A DNA stretch of 64,000 nucleotides from Myxococcota bacterium (GCA_044344255.1 JBIJDH010000001.1:1-64000), one strand, 5' to 3'. Positions 18,772 to 29,235 are shown, counted from the stretch's first letter. Notes: generated from the letters alone by a model not told the origin. Numbers and translations: made by a program.

Positions 18772-18896
18772 GCCGAGGCGCCCCCAGCTCGCGACGGCGC
18801 CCCGCGGCGGCTCCTCACAGAGGCCTAATGTGCGCGTGAGGCCGCCCGGAGAATACTAGACAGCAGGCCCAGGCGAACCCTGCCGAAGGAGGCCCT

Positions 18897-20138
18897 ATGT
18901 CTGTTCAAGCTCCCCTCCCCGCCGCCCTCCTGCTCCTCCAGCTCGTCGCCTGCGGCGGAAAGTCCGACAGCGCCTCCCCCGGCGGTGACGGCACCGACGG
19001 TACAGATGGCACCGACGGTACCGACGGCACTGACGGCGGTGGTACAGAAGAGGGCTGGTGCGCCGTGCAGTCGATCTTCAACAACGAGTGTACGAGCTGT
19101 CACAGCGCCGGGGGCCACCAGGGCGACCTCGACCTCGAGACCGCGCCCTACGCCGCCCTCGTCGGCGTCCCGAGCGCGGCCCACGCCGGCCGGACCCTCG
19201 TAGTGCCCGGAGACACCGCCGGCTCCTTCCTCCTCGTCAAGCTGCTCGATCAGCAGGAGGCCGCGGAGGGCGACCCGATGCCCCCGGGCGGCGTGCTCGA
19301 CGCCGCCTCCACCGCCCTGGTCGAGGCCTGGATCGCGGCCGGCGCCACCGAGGAGTGCACCGGCCCGATTGACACCGGCAGCACCACCTACCACCCCGCG
19401 GGCTTCGCCGATCCCACCGTGCACGGCATCGAGGCCAAGTTCCAGGAGCAGGCGTGCACGGACTGCCACGGCGCCGATCTCACCGGCGAGGGGGAGGCCC
19501 CGAGCTGTGACAGCTGCCACACGGGCGGCGACGCCTGGCGAACGAGCTGCACCTTCTGCCACGGCGGAGACGCCGACAGCAGCGGCGCGCCCCCCGAAGA
19601 CATCGACGACAGCAGCACCGACATCAGCTTCCCCGCCCACGCCGCCCACGGCGCCGAGACCATCCACCCAGCCTGGGGCTGCGAGCAGTGTCACCAGACG
19701 CCCACCGACATCTTCACCGCCGGGCATCTGTTCACCGCCGATACCACCGCGGGCGTCGCCGAGCTCACCTTCAGCGCCGGCCTCTCCACCGCGGGGAGCT
19801 TCAGCGCCGGGACCTGCTCGAACCTCTACTGTCACGGCGACGGCAAGACCGGCAGCGTCGGCAGCGCCACCGCGGACGGGGCCGCGGCCACCTGCCGCAC
19901 CTGCCACGGGGACTCCAGCTCACCCGGCAGCCTCTCGGGCGACCATGCAGACCACCGCGAGGACGGCCTCTCCTGCGACGACTGCCACGGCGACGCCGCC
20001 AGCAACACCACCTTCGATGTGCCGGCCGAGCACGTCAACGGCGAGATCAACCTCGACCTCCCGACGGGCATCACGATGGTGGACAACCACTGCACCGGAA
20101 GCTGCCACGGCGAATACCACGACAACAAGAACTGGTGA
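18897..20138 (+). CDS. Multiheme c-type cytochrome lipoprotein (CxxCH plus CxxxxCH)
   Basis: Seven CxxCH (CTSCH, CTDCH, CDSCH, CTFCH, CEQCH, CRTCH, CDDCH) plus CSNLYCH and CTGSCH; lipobox LVAC; AAGGAGG RBS. Confidence 0.88.
   Translation: MSVQAPLPAALLLLQLVACGGKSDSASPGGDGTDGTDGTDGTDGTDGGGTEEGWCAVQSIFNNECTSCHSAGGHQGDLDLETAPYAALVGVPSAAHAGRTLVVPGDTAGSFLLVKLLDQQEAAEGDPMPPGGVLDAASTALVEAWIAAGATEECTGPIDTGSTTYHPAGFADPTVHGIEAKFQEQACTDCHGADLTGEGEAPSCDSCHTGGDAWRTSCTFCHGGDADSSGAPPEDIDDSSTDISFPAHAAHGAETIHPAWGCEQCHQTPTDIFTAGHLFTADTTAGVAELTFSAGLSTAGSFSAGTCSNLYCHGDGKTGSVGSATADGAAATCRTCHGDSSSPGSLSGDHADHREDGLSCDDCHGDAASNTTFDVPAEHVNGEINLDLPTGITMVDNHCTGSCHGEYHDNKNW
18985..19037 (+). repeat. Coding 9-nt tandem repeat (DGT)n linker
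   Basis: gacggcacc/gacggtaca/gatggcacc/gacggtacc/gacggcact units. Confidence 0.75.
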
Positions 20139-20169
20139 GCCGGCAGGACGGGTGAGCCCACCCGAAGGC

Positions 20170-22548
20170 TCAGTCCGACGGCGGGAGCTCTCCGCGTTTG
20201 CCCTGCCGGCGCCGCCGCACGCTCCACAAGGCCATCCAGCCGAGGGGGACGATGGCGAGGCCGGCGACGGTCACGACGGTCTCGCCGATCATGATCATCA
20301 GGCCGAGCGAGCGCACCCCCTGGTTCACCGCGAAGGACAGGGCGATGCAGGAGAGCACGGTGGTGGCGGTGGACATCATCGACGCCCAGCCGGTGGTGAG
20401 CAGCGCCACCCGGATGCGCCCCGGCCCCTCCTCGTCGATGCGGTGCAGCAGGTGGATGATGACGTCGATGCCGATGCCGAAGGTCATCGGGATGGCCACG
20501 TAGTTCACGAGCGAGAGCTTGACGTCGAAGGCTACCAGCGCCGCGCCGGCCCAACAGGCCCCCGCCACCAGCACCGACACCGCCCACAGCGCGCGGCTGA
20601 AGCGCCGCACGTCGAGCCAGGTCACCAGGAAGATGGCCATGAGCGCGCCCATCACGATGCGCGGCGCGTCGTGGGCGACCAGCTTGTACAGCATCGCCGC
20701 CGCGAGGTACTCACCGGCCGCCTGTCGGCCCGGCAGGTAGGTGTGGACGCTCTCGAGCAGCTTCACGTTCTCGCGCAGATCCCACATGTTGCCAGCCGGC
20801 ACCAGCATCATCCGGTGGTGGCCGTCGCTGGCGCCGAGCAGGTGCTGGAGGCCGTGGGGGAGGTCAGCGGGCAGCATGACCTGCAGGTCCACCGAGGCGA
20901 GGTGCTGGAGGTTCTTCTGGATGTTGGCAGGGAGGTACCGGATGTTCTCGTGGCGCGCGAGCTCGGCGATCTCGCGGAGGAGCGAGACCCGCTCGGCCTG
21001 ATCGAGCGGGAGCACCGAGAAGATGGACACCACCCGACCGACCTGGGGCATCTTGCCCTCGGACACCGCGGCGGTGATGCGCTGTACGTCGGCAGCGAGC
21101 GACTCGCCGTTGTCGTAGCTCACCACCACCGGCGCGTAGCTGTCCGCCGCCAGGGCCCGCTGATCGGCACTCAGCTCTTCGTAGGCCATCCCCTCCTTGC
21201 GCATCTTGGACAGGTCGAACTCGAACTCCACCCGCTCGAGCAGCAGCACAGAGGCCGCGGTCACCAGCACGGCCACGACGAGGGCCATCGGGGCGAGCCG
21301 ATAGTCCGGCACCTTGCGGTGGGTGTGACCCTTGGCGTGTGAGCGTGCCACCACCGCCTTCGGGGCCTTCTCCCGCCACAGGATGAGCAAGGGGAGGGTG
21401 ACGGCGGCGGCCGCCATGCAGAGCAGGATCCCGCCCGACATGATCGTGCCGAGCTGCTGGAAGCCTTGGAAGCCCGCGAGCCAGAGCGAGCAGAAGCCCG
21501 CCGCGCAGGTGAGGGCCGCGGTGGCGCAGGGCGGGCCGGTCTTGTCCCAGGCCTTCACCACCGCGTCGCGCAGGACCGTGTTCTCTGCCCGCTCCTCGAC
21601 GTAGCGCGAGTAGAAGTGGAAGGCGTACTCCACACCCAAGCCGAGGAGCACCGCCGCGAAGAAGGAGGTGAAGGTGTTGAGCACCCCCACCGTGAGGCCG
21701 GCGTAGCCGATCGCCCAGACGCTCCCCACCAACAACGGAACAAAGATGAGGAACACCGCCCGGATGTCGCGGTACGCGATCGAGACGAGGATGAACACGA
21801 GCACGAGGGCGGAGAGGGAAGTGCCAAAGAGATCGTGGGTGATGTCCTCGATGTCTTCGACGGCGTGCCGATACGGGCCCCCAATCCACACGACCTCCAG
21901 GCCGCGGCCCGGGGCGTCGAGCTTGTCCATCTCGCCGTAGAGCCAGTCCACAAACGGAACCGAGAAGCTCGCATCAAAGGCGCTCTTCTTCGGCCGAATC
22001 AACAAGCGGGAGATGCCGTGGGCGTTGGTGAGCGACGTGCGCTGCTGCTCGGCGGCGAGCTTCTGCGTCAGGGGCCCCATGTCGAGCAGCGTCGCGGCGA
22101 TGAAGGGGTTGGCCACGCTCGGCCCCGCGGCGATGGCGAGGCTGAGGCGCTCCTTCACCAGCCGGAGCTCGTCCGCCTTGAGTTGGAGCAGCCCGAGGCG
22201 GAAGGCCAGCTCTGGATCGAGCTCGTAGAGGGCGTAGTCCACGTCAGGGTTGGCGCGGGCGATGTCGCCCAGCTCCCGCATGTAGGCGTCCACCTTGGCC
22301 TGGTCTTCTCCGCGCACCGCGATGGTGACGAGGTTGGCGCCTCCCTCCTGCGCGTTGAGCGCCTGGATCGCCTGGCTGGTGGGATCGTCCATCGGCAGGA
22401 GCTTGAGCACGTTCGGATCGACGTGGATCCGGGTCGCCAGGAGCCCCGAGAGCGCGCACATCAAGAGGATGAGGCCCACCCACCGACGCGGGTGATCCAT
22501 CACGTTGCCGGCCAGGCGACCGAAGAACCCTGGCTTGTACGCTTCCAT
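20170..22548 (-). CDS. MMPL/RND family transporter
   Basis: Two repeats of a large loop plus TM bundle; LLGLGVEYAFH and FGIGID.IIHL motifs. Confidence 0.85.
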   Translation of the reverse strand: MEAYKPGFFGRLAGNVMDHPRRWVGLILLMCALSGLLATRIHVDPNVLKLLPMDDPTSQAIQALNAQEGGANLVTIAVRGEDQAKVDAYMRELGDIARANPDVDYALYELDPELAFRLGLLQLKADELRLVKERLSLAIAAGPSVANPFIAATLLDMGPLTQKLAAEQQRTSLTNAHGISRLLIRPKKSAFDASFSVPFVDWLYGEMDKLDAPGRGLEVVWIGGPYRHAVEDIEDITHDLFGTSLSALVLVFILVSIAYRDIRAVFLIFVPLLVGSVWAIGYAGLTVGVLNTFTSFFAAVLLGLGVEYAFHFYSRYVEERAENTVLRDAVVKAWDKTGPPCATAALTCAAGFCSLWLAGFQGFQQLGTIMSGGILLCMAAAAVTLPLLILWREKAPKAVVARSHAKGHTHRKVPDYRLAPMALVVAVLVTAASVLLLERVEFEFDLSKMRKEGMAYEELSADQRALAADSYAPVVVSYDNGESLAADVQRITAAVSEGKMPQVGRVVSIFSVLPLDQAERVSLLREIAELARHENIRYLPANIQKNLQHLASVDLQVMLPADLPHGLQHLLGASDGHHRMMLVPAGNMWDLRENVKLLESVHTYLPGRQAAGEYLAAAMLYKLVAHDAPRIVMGALMAIFLVTWLDVRRFSRALWAVSVLVAGACWAGAALVAFDVKLSLVNYVAIPMTFGIGIDVIIHLLHRIDEEGPGRIRVALLTTGWASMMSTATTVLSCIALSFAVNQGVRSLGLMIMIGETVVTVAGLAIVPLGWMALWSVRRRRQGKRGELPPSD

Positions 22549-22678
22549 GAACACCGGTCGCGCGACGGGGGAGCTCGAGCGGGCCCTGTCTGGGCTCGCG
22601 GCGGGGCCGCTGGCCCCCGTCCCCCCACGCGGCCGCCCAGGTAACCAGGCCAGTTAGCCAGGCTGAAGGAGGGAGGAC

Positions 22679-23683
22679 ATGCGTCGCCCACTTGTCACAA
22701 CGCCGCTGATCCTCCTCGCCCTCGCCTGCCAGCGCAGCACGGAGCTCGACCTCGTGTTGATCTCCAGCGAGGACATCGCCGTCCGCAGCGCGCGACTCTC
22801 CGTGGACTCGCTGGTGTTGGAGGGCTGCGAGGGTGCGTCGGGCGAGTCGATCGTGCTGGCCCACACCTTCGACCTGCTGCGCCCCGAGGCCCTCCGGGTC
22901 CCGCGCGGCGACTGGTGTGAGCTCGCCCTCATCCCTGCGACGAGCGCCACCGGGGTGCTGGTGGTCGACGGGCTGACCGCCGACGGAGCCTCCTTCCGCC
23001 TTCACACCAACCCTCCCCGCGCCCGGCTCGGAGAGACCTTCACCCTCGGCCGCGCGGAGCAGGTGCTGGTCATCGACGCCGCCCGCCTCCTCGACGCGCC
23101 CGCCCTCGAGGCCCGCGCCGCCGAGCTCCGCGCCGCCACCGAGGGCGACCCGACCACCGAGGCGCTCCACCTCGAGCTCGACCGCGACGACCCCATCAGC
23201 CGGTCCGCCGGTGAGGCGCTGGGCGACGCGCTCTGGCTCGGCGAGCTGGAGGCCGCGAGCCGGCGCTACGGCGATCGCTGGCCCTTCCTCGCCGCGGAGT
23301 TCGAGCCCGAGGCCGAGCTGCCGCGGGAAGAAGGCTCTCCGGCCGACGAGGAAGACACCAATGACGACATCGATGACGACATCGATGACGACACCGATGA
23401 CGGGGCGTCCGACACCTGGCCCTCCGGCGACACCGCGAACCGCGCCACCGGGGGCGGGGCCTCCTGCGGCGGCGGCGGCTGCAGCCGTGGCTGCGGCGGT
23501 TGCGCGGGATCCGAAGACACCGCCGCGGACAGCGGAGGGGCCGATGAAGACGGCGGCTGCGACCGGGATGCGGACACCGCGGGCCTCGGCTGGCCCATCT
23601 ATGCGAGCGGCTGGATCAGCCTCCTCCACCGGCGCCGGCGCCATGCGGGCCGTCGCTCCGCGGAGAGAGGCAGCTCGACTTAG
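22679..23683 (+). CDS. Hypothetical lipoprotein with acidic/Cys-Gly linker and basic C-terminal tail
   Basis: GGAGG RBS, lipobox LALAC, (DDDI)n tract, SCGGGGCSRGCGGC, hydrophobic segment then RRRR. Confidence 0.65.
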   Translation: MRRPLVTTPLILLALACQRSTELDLVLISSEDIAVRSARLSVDSLVLEGCEGASGESIVLAHTFDLLRPEALRVPRGDWCELALIPATSATGVLVVDGLTADGASFRLHTNPPRARLGETFTLGRAEQVLVIDAARLLDAPALEARAAELRAATEGDPTTEALHLELDRDDPISRSAGEALGDALWLGELEAASRRYGDRWPFLAAEFEPEAELPREEGSPADEEDTNDDIDDDIDDDTDDGASDTWPSGDTANRATGGGASCGGGGCSRGCGGCAGSEDTAADSGGADEDGGCDRDADTAGLGWPIYASGWISLLHRRRRHAGRRSAERGSST

Positions 23684-24462
23684 ATCCCGCGAGTCCGTCC
23701 ACCATCGACCGCGATGCTCTGTCCACGAACGTAGGCGCCCGACGGGGAGGCCAGGAAGGCGATCAGCGCCGCGACCTCGTCCGCCCGGCCCAAGCGACCC
23801 TCAGGGATGACCTTCAGCCAGCCCCGTCGGACCTCCTCCACCGACTGGCCCGTGCGCGCCGCGGCGCCTGCCCCCAGGGCGTCGAGGCGCTCGGTGTCGG
23901 TGTAGCCGGGCAGCACGTTGTTGATCGTGATCCCGGGCGGCAGCTCCTGCGCCAGGGACTTCGACCAGGAGGCCATCGCCGCCCGGATGATGTTGCTCAC
24001 GCCGAGGTTCGGGATGGGCTCCCGCACCGAGGTGGAGAGCACGTTGATCACCCGGCCGAAACCTGCGGCCTCCATGCCGGGCAGGACCCGCTGCAGGAGG
24101 CCCTGCGCGACCAGGACGTGCCGACCGAAGGCCCGGAGGAGCTCATCCTCCCCGGCCCCGATCAGCGGGCCGGCCGGCGGGCCCCCCGTGTTGTTGAGGA
24201 GGATGTGCACGGCGCCCGCCTCGCCGACGAGGGCCTCGACGGCGGCGAAAGCACGGGGGCGATCGTCGAGGTCGACCACCAAGGCCCGCGCCTTGGGCGC
24301 GCCCGCCTCGATGAGCTTCGGCACCAAGGCCTCGAGCCGATCGGCGCGACGGGCCAGCACGGTGACCCGCGCCCCCATGGCGGCCAGGGCGAAGGCGGTG
24401 GCGCGGCCGATTCCCGCGCTGGCGCCACAGACGAGGGCGTGAGGGTCGAGCAGGGTGTTCAT
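23680..24462 (-). CDS. SDR family oxidoreductase
   Basis: GASAGIG, NNTGGPP, NNVLPG, AVDGG. Confidence 0.9.
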   Translation of the reverse strand: MNTLLDPHALVCGASAGIGRATAFALAAMGARVTVLARRADRLEALVPKLIEAGAPKARALVVDLDDRPRAFAAVEALVGEAGAVHILLNNTGGPPAGPLIGAGEDELLRAFGRHVLVAQGLLQRVLPGMEAAGFGRVINVLSTSVREPIPNLGVSNIIRAAMASWSKSLAQELPPGITINNVLPGYTDTERLDALGAGAAARTGQSVEEVRRGWLKVIPEGRLGRADEVAALIAFLASPSGAYVRGQSIAVDGGRTRGI

Positions 24463-24562
24463 CTGGCCCGCCTAACACCCGCCCTCCGCAGGCCGCAGCC
24501 CCCCCCTCCTACGGAGTCGAACACATGCCGAACCGTTCAGGTCCGATCACTCTCAGCGGTCC

Positions 24563-25171
24563 TCAGAGCGTCCGGGGCCCTCGACGCATCTTCTCGAGGG
24601 CCTCTTGCGCCTTCGGGGCGTCGGCGTGCCCCGGGGTCGCCGCGGCCTTCTCGAAGCAGCGGAGGGCCTCGTCTCGACGGCCGGTGACCCGCAAGAGCAC
24701 CCCCAGGTTGTAGAGGGCGGAGGCGTCGTCGGCCTTCATCTTGAGGGCCTCGCGGTAGCGCGCCTCGGCGGCGTCCACTTCGCCGTCCAAGAAGAGCTCG
24801 ATGCCCTGTCGGACGCGCTCATCGGCGTCGTGCACGAGCTCCACCTCGATGATCGTACGCGCGCCGAGGTTGACCACCAACGCTCGTAAGATGCCGGCGT
24901 ACCAGAAGGTCACGGCCTCGGTGGCGAGGAAGACCCCCATCGGGATGTCGGGCAGCAGCGGCTTGCCGCGGTACTTGATGCGGACCTTGGTGTACCGCCC
25001 TTGATCGACGAGCCGGCGCACCTGGTCGGCGAGCGACTTCACCGCCTCGTCGATCCGCTCGGGGTCGATCTCGATCCGGAGGTCGTCCAGGCGCAGGTCC
25101 TCAAAGAGGGCCTTGGCCTTCTTGCCCTCCGTCTCTGGAGCCTCTCTCGGTCCGTCCTTGGGCTCGGCCAT
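24563..25171 (-). CDS. DUF4342-like plus TPR protein
   Basis: QVRRLVDQGRYTKVRIK...LLPDIP N-domain; C-terminal TPRs (ALYNLGVLL...EALRCFEKA); GGAGG RBS. Confidence 0.7.
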   Translation of the reverse strand: MAEPKDGPREAPETEGKKAKALFEDLRLDDLRIEIDPERIDEAVKSLADQVRRLVDQGRYTKVRIKYRGKPLLPDIPMGVFLATEAVTFWYAGILRALVVNLGARTIIEVELVHDADERVRQGIELFLDGEVDAAEARYREALKMKADDASALYNLGVLLRVTGRRDEALRCFEKAAATPGHADAPKAQEALEKMRRGPRTL

Positions 25172-25216
25172 ACAACCTCCGCGATCGCTGACGTGGGCGC
25201 CTAAGGTCTTCACGGA

Positions 25217-25930
25217 TCAGAGCAGGGACAAGCCCCCATCGACCACGAGCGTCTGCCCGGTGATCCAGGCGGCGTCCGGGTGGAGGAGCAGCCGGACCGC
25301 GCCGGCGATGTCGTCGGGCAGGCCGACCCGGCCGAGCGGGGTCAGCGCCTCGGCGGTCTCCATCATCTTCTTGCCCTCCGGGAAGTACTTGAGGGCGTCG
25401 GTGTCGACGAGGCCGCCGCAGACCGTGTTGACGCGGATGCGACGCGGGGCAAGCTCGACGGCGAGCTGGCGGGTCAGGGCCTCCATCCCGGCCTTCGCGG
25501 CGCCCATCGCGGCATATCCCGGAATGTAGCTCCGCGAGCCGAGCGAGGAGATGCCGATGACGGCGCCCCCGTCTCGGAGGTGGCAGAGCTTGGTGAGCAG
25601 CCAGAAGGGGCGGAGCGAGCTCTCGAGCGTCAGATCCCAGTGGGGGGTCTTCATCTTGTCGTAGGGCTTGAGCGCGCCCACCGCCGCGTTGTGGACGAGG
25701 ACATCGACGAGGTCGAAGGTCTCGGCGAGCCGCTTGCAGTCGTCTTCAGCGCGCACGTTGCCTTGGACGACCAGGGCCTCCCCACCCCGCTCTCGGACCC
25801 CCGCCGCGGTCTGCTCTGCCGCCTCCAGGTTCTGGAGGTAGTTGACGAGGATGCGGCGCCCGGGGGCCGCGAGGTGCAGGGCGACGGCTCGGCCGATGCC
25901 CCGGGATGCGCCGGTGATGAGGATGTTCAT
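25217..25930 (-). CDS. SDR, FabL-like enoyl-ACP reductase
   Basis: TGASRGIG, HNAAVGALKP, SSLGS, Y-x6-K (YAAMGAAK), GLVDTDALKYFP. Confidence 0.8.
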   Translation of the reverse strand: MNILITGASRGIGRAVALHLAAPGRRILVNYLQNLEAAEQTAAGVRERGGEALVVQGNVRAEDDCKRLAETFDLVDVLVHNAAVGALKPYDKMKTPHWDLTLESSLRPFWLLTKLCHLRDGGAVIGISSLGSRSYIPGYAAMGAAKAGMEALTRQLAVELAPRRIRVNTVCGGLVDTDALKYFPEGKKMMETAEALTPLGRVGLPDDIAGAVRLLLHPDAAWITGQTLVVDGGLSLL

Positions 25931-26012
25931 CGGCCCTCCCTAAACCCTGCGCCCCGGCAGATCCAGTCTGGGCGCGGTAGGATGGCCGACCCTTCGCCCA
26001 CCTGGAGGCCCG

Positions 26013-27167
26013 ATGGCCCGCGCCGCGCTGCTCCTCTTCGTCGCTCCCCTGAGCTTGATCGCCTGTGCGGCCAAGTCCGAAGGGCGCGGCAGCGGGTCAG
26101 AGGTGGGCGCCGAGCCCCTCGACCTGCCCGCTGATCCCGCCGAGAACGGCGTCCCAGTAGGCGTTCAGACGGTCGAGCTCGACGGGGTCACGATCGAGGT
26201 CTGGTACCCCGCGAGCGACTCGGCGGCCGGAGATCCCACGGAGTCCGCTGACTTTATGGACTTCGTGCCCGACTCGGTCATCGAGGTGCTCGGCCCCTTC
26301 GGCTTCCCCCTCATCGAGACCGGGGCCGTTCGAGACGCCCCCCTCCGCGTCCCAGAAGCGCCATACCCGATCATCACCTTCTCCCATGGGTTTGGCGGGG
26401 CGCGCCTCCAGTCGGTCGACTTCGCCGTCCACCTCGCCTCTCGCGGCTACGTCGTCGTCGCCGCCGACCACCCGGGGCGCATGATGACCGACATCCTCCC
26501 CTGCATGTTCAGCCCAGCCCTCGAAGGCTGCGACCTCAGCGGCTTTGGGAGCGATCCGGCCGTCGAAGACATCGCGATCCTCACCGACTGGATCACGGGG
26601 CCCGCCTCCACGGACTCCTGGCTCGCCGGGGCGATCGATCCCGAGCACATGGGCCTCTCCGGCCACTCGGCCGGCGGCGGAAGCACGCTGACCGTGGGAG
26701 AGCTCGATCCCCGCTACGACGCCCTGCTGCCCATGGCCGCCCCCGGGGCCGTCGAGCGGGACGTCCCCACCCTCCTCCTCGGCGGCACCTGCGACAGCTT
26801 CGCCTCCGACGCGGCCGAGATCGCGGCGGGGGAGAGCATGGGCGCCGGGAGCCTCGTACGGGTGCAGGGCGCCGGCCACCTCGCCTTCTCCGACCTCTGC
26901 GAGCTCGACATGCTCGGGCTCGCCGAAGACCTGCTCATCGGCCGGGAGGACATCAACGAGTCCCTGCTGGCCTCGCTCATCCAGCTCGGCAGCGACGGCT
27001 GCGAAGGGGCGCCCTCCTCGGTCGAAGCCTGCGCGGAGGGCTACCTCCCGCTCGAGACCTCCGATCCGATCGTCCGCTACTATAGCACCGTCTTCTTCGA
27101 CCAGACCCTGCGTGGCGAAGGTATCGGCGTCACGGGAGGGGTCTTCGCCGAGGCCGAGCTTCGATAG
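26013..27167 (+). CDS. Alpha/beta hydrolase lipoprotein (PAF-AH/dienelactone hydrolase-like)
   Basis: FSHGFGG, LASRGYVVVAADHPG, GHSAGG nucleophile elbow, GAGHLAFSD; lipobox LIAC. Confidence 0.82.
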   Translation: MARAALLLFVAPLSLIACAAKSEGRGSGSEVGAEPLDLPADPAENGVPVGVQTVELDGVTIEVWYPASDSAAGDPTESADFMDFVPDSVIEVLGPFGFPLIETGAVRDAPLRVPEAPYPIITFSHGFGGARLQSVDFAVHLASRGYVVVAADHPGRMMTDILPCMFSPALEGCDLSGFGSDPAVEDIAILTDWITGPASTDSWLAGAIDPEHMGLSGHSAGGGSTLTVGELDPRYDALLPMAAPGAVERDVPTLLLGGTCDSFASDAAEIAAGESMGAGSLVRVQGAGHLAFSDLCELDMLGLAEDLLIGREDINESLLASLIQLGSDGCEGAPSSVEACAEGYLPLETSDPIVRYYSTVFFDQTLRGEGIGVTGGVFAEAELR

Positions 27168-27222
27168 TTCGAACGATCCTCGCCGCCCGCTGGGGCGTAC
27201 GCTCTCTGAATCGGAGGTCCTC

Positions 27223-28149
27223 ATGGCTCGGCGTCTCCCCACCTCGCTCCCCATCCCGCTCCCGCTGCTGCGTGCCTTCCGCGTGCCGGCCCTCGCCCTG
27301 TCCGGCGCCCTGCTCGTCGGCTGTGGGAGCGGGAAGCGAGGTGGCGACGTGCTGCTCGACCTGCTGGTCTCCGTCGCGACCGACCTCATCGACGTCCCCA
27401 CCGACGCCACCCCCTCCTTCGACGCGTCAACGATCTACTTCGTGACCGACGGGGACAGCGCCTCCGGCGTGTACGAGATCGGCGCTGAGGCGGACGCCGA
27501 TCCGACCCAGCTCGCGGAGGCCACCCACGCGCGCGGGGTCGTCGCGACCGAGGAGGCCCTCTTCATCGCAGACCCCGGCGCCGACGGCGTCTTTCGGCTC
27601 CCCTTCGCCGGCGGGGCCCTCACCCTGGTCGAAGGCACCGCCGGCTACCAGCCCGTCGCCCTCGACGGCACCGACGGCATCACCTTCGCCGGCACCGATC
27701 CCAGCACGGGCGAGGTCGGTGTCTTCCGCGTCTCCGCGGACGGGGGCACGCCCAGCCTGCTCGGGAGCGGCTTCGAGGGTGCGCTGAGCGGCGTGGTCGT
27801 GGCCGAGGACGGCGCCATCTACGCGACCGGGGACGGAGATGGGCTCGTCTACGCCCTCAGCGGCGCGGAGCTCACCGTGCTCGCCGAGGACGTGGAACTT
27901 GGGAGCCCCGCCGGGATCGCCCTCAGCCCCGACAAGGGAGAGGTGATGGTCTCCTCCCTCGATGGCAACGGCCGGAGCCAGGTGTTGTTGATCGACCCCG
28001 AGTCTCAGGAGACCGCGGTCTTCAACAAGGAGATCAACCAAAACACCTCGAGCGGGGGGCTCCACCGCGCCCTGGGCGCCCCGAAGGTCTTCGCTTGGGC
28101 GGACTCGGCTGGAGACAATCAAGGAAAGGTCTACAGAATCCAGTTTTGA
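27223..28149 (+). CDS. Lipoprotein, probable beta-propeller (SMP-30/NHL-like)
   Basis: GGAGG RBS, lipobox LVGC, repeated blade motifs (PAGIALSPD, DGAIYATG). Confidence 0.7.
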   Translation: MARRLPTSLPIPLPLLRAFRVPALALSGALLVGCGSGKRGGDVLLDLLVSVATDLIDVPTDATPSFDASTIYFVTDGDSASGVYEIGAEADADPTQLAEATHARGVVATEEALFIADPGADGVFRLPFAGGALTLVEGTAGYQPVALDGTDGITFAGTDPSTGEVGVFRVSADGGTPSLLGSGFEGALSGVVVAEDGAIYATGDGDGLVYALSGAELTVLAEDVELGSPAGIALSPDKGEVMVSSLDGNGRSQVLLIDPESQETAVFNKEINQNTSSGGLHRALGAPKVFAWADSAGDNQGKVYRIQF

Positions 28150-28173
28150 TGATCCTCGCGCCATCCGCGCTGG

Positions 28174-29235
28174 GTGAGCTTGAAGCAGACAGATAAGCGA
28201 CCGATACAGCCTCAAGTGACTCGCTCACCCACCTGGAGCCCCTGGAAGGCCCCCACCTCGGAGCACGATCCGGTGTCCGCCGCCACACAGACGGGCTTGC
28301 GCCTACCTGATGCTCCGGCCGCCGAGACGGCCCAGCGGCCGCTTCGTCGAGAAGAGGGGGCGGCGCCCAGGCGGCCAGCCGGCGGTCCGCCCAACCCGGG
28401 CCTGCGGGCCTACGGCGGCAGCGCGTGGGGCGGCGCCCCTGCGGCAGACCGAGGAGCGCCCGCGTCGGAGGAGCCCGACGCCGCCCCCGAAGAGGAGGCC
28501 CGCGCCGCCACCCTTCAGAAGGTCGGTCGGTCCGCGCCACGCGCCTATCGGGATCGCACGGCGACCCCTGCCGCGCAGGCCGAGGACTCACCCACGCGCG
28601 GCGGGCCTCCCGTGCCCCGCGCCCGCCCAGGCCCACCCCCCGCGGCGCCCGCCCGCCCGCCTCCGACGGCCCCCGCGGCGCGCCTGCGCGCTCCGCCCAC
28701 ACCGGCCCCGGCGCCGGCGCCGACCGCCGCCACCGATCAGCTCCGGATGGCCTTCGTCCTCCTGGGCCAGGCGATCTCCGCCCGTCGGCGCGCCGCCGCT
28801 CAGCCCCTCGTCCGCGAGCCCCTCCACCCCGAGGAGCCCGGCCCGAACCAGGAGGCGGCCCGCCGCTTCCTCGCCGGCCTGAGGCTGCTCTCCAGCGCCC
28901 TCACCCATCACCCAGTGCCCTCAGAAGAGGAGCGGCGCAGCCGATCCCTGCTCATCCGCACGATCGAGCTCTTCGCTGCCCACCCCCCCCACGTCGCGCC
29001 TCCGGAGCGGCTGCTCCGCGATCTGCGGGGTCACATCGCGACCCTGCTGCGCGCCCGGCGCCTCGCCGTCCCGCACTCCCTCGACCTGGATCAGCTCTTC
29101 GATCGCCACGGGCGGCCGGTGCGCGACCCTCTGCTCCAGCAGCCCCCCATCAGCGCCCGGCGGAGCCTGCTGTGGAGCGCGCTCTTCTTCGGGGTCATGT
29201 TCATGGCGGGGCTGCTCTTCACTGCCCTGCGTTGA
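28174..29235 (+). CDS. Hypothetical protein, Pro/Ala-rich N-region, C-terminal TM
   Basis: 3' half has coding-like bias and ends in LLWSALFFGVMFMAGLLF; start uncertain. Confidence 0.5.
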   Translation: MSLKQTDKRPIQPQVTRSPTWSPWKAPTSEHDPVSAATQTGLRLPDAPAAETAQRPLRREEGAAPRRPAGGPPNPGLRAYGGSAWGGAPAADRGAPASEEPDAAPEEEARAATLQKVGRSAPRAYRDRTATPAAQAEDSPTRGGPPVPRARPGPPPAAPARPPPTAPAARLRAPPTPAPAPAPTAATDQLRMAFVLLGQAISARRRAAAQPLVREPLHPEEPGPNQEAARRFLAGLRLLSSALTHHPVPSEEERRSRSLLIRTIELFAAHPPHVAPPERLLRDLRGHIATLLRARRLAVPHSLDLDQLFDRHGRPVRDPLLQQPPISARRSLLWSALFFGVMFMAGLLFTALR

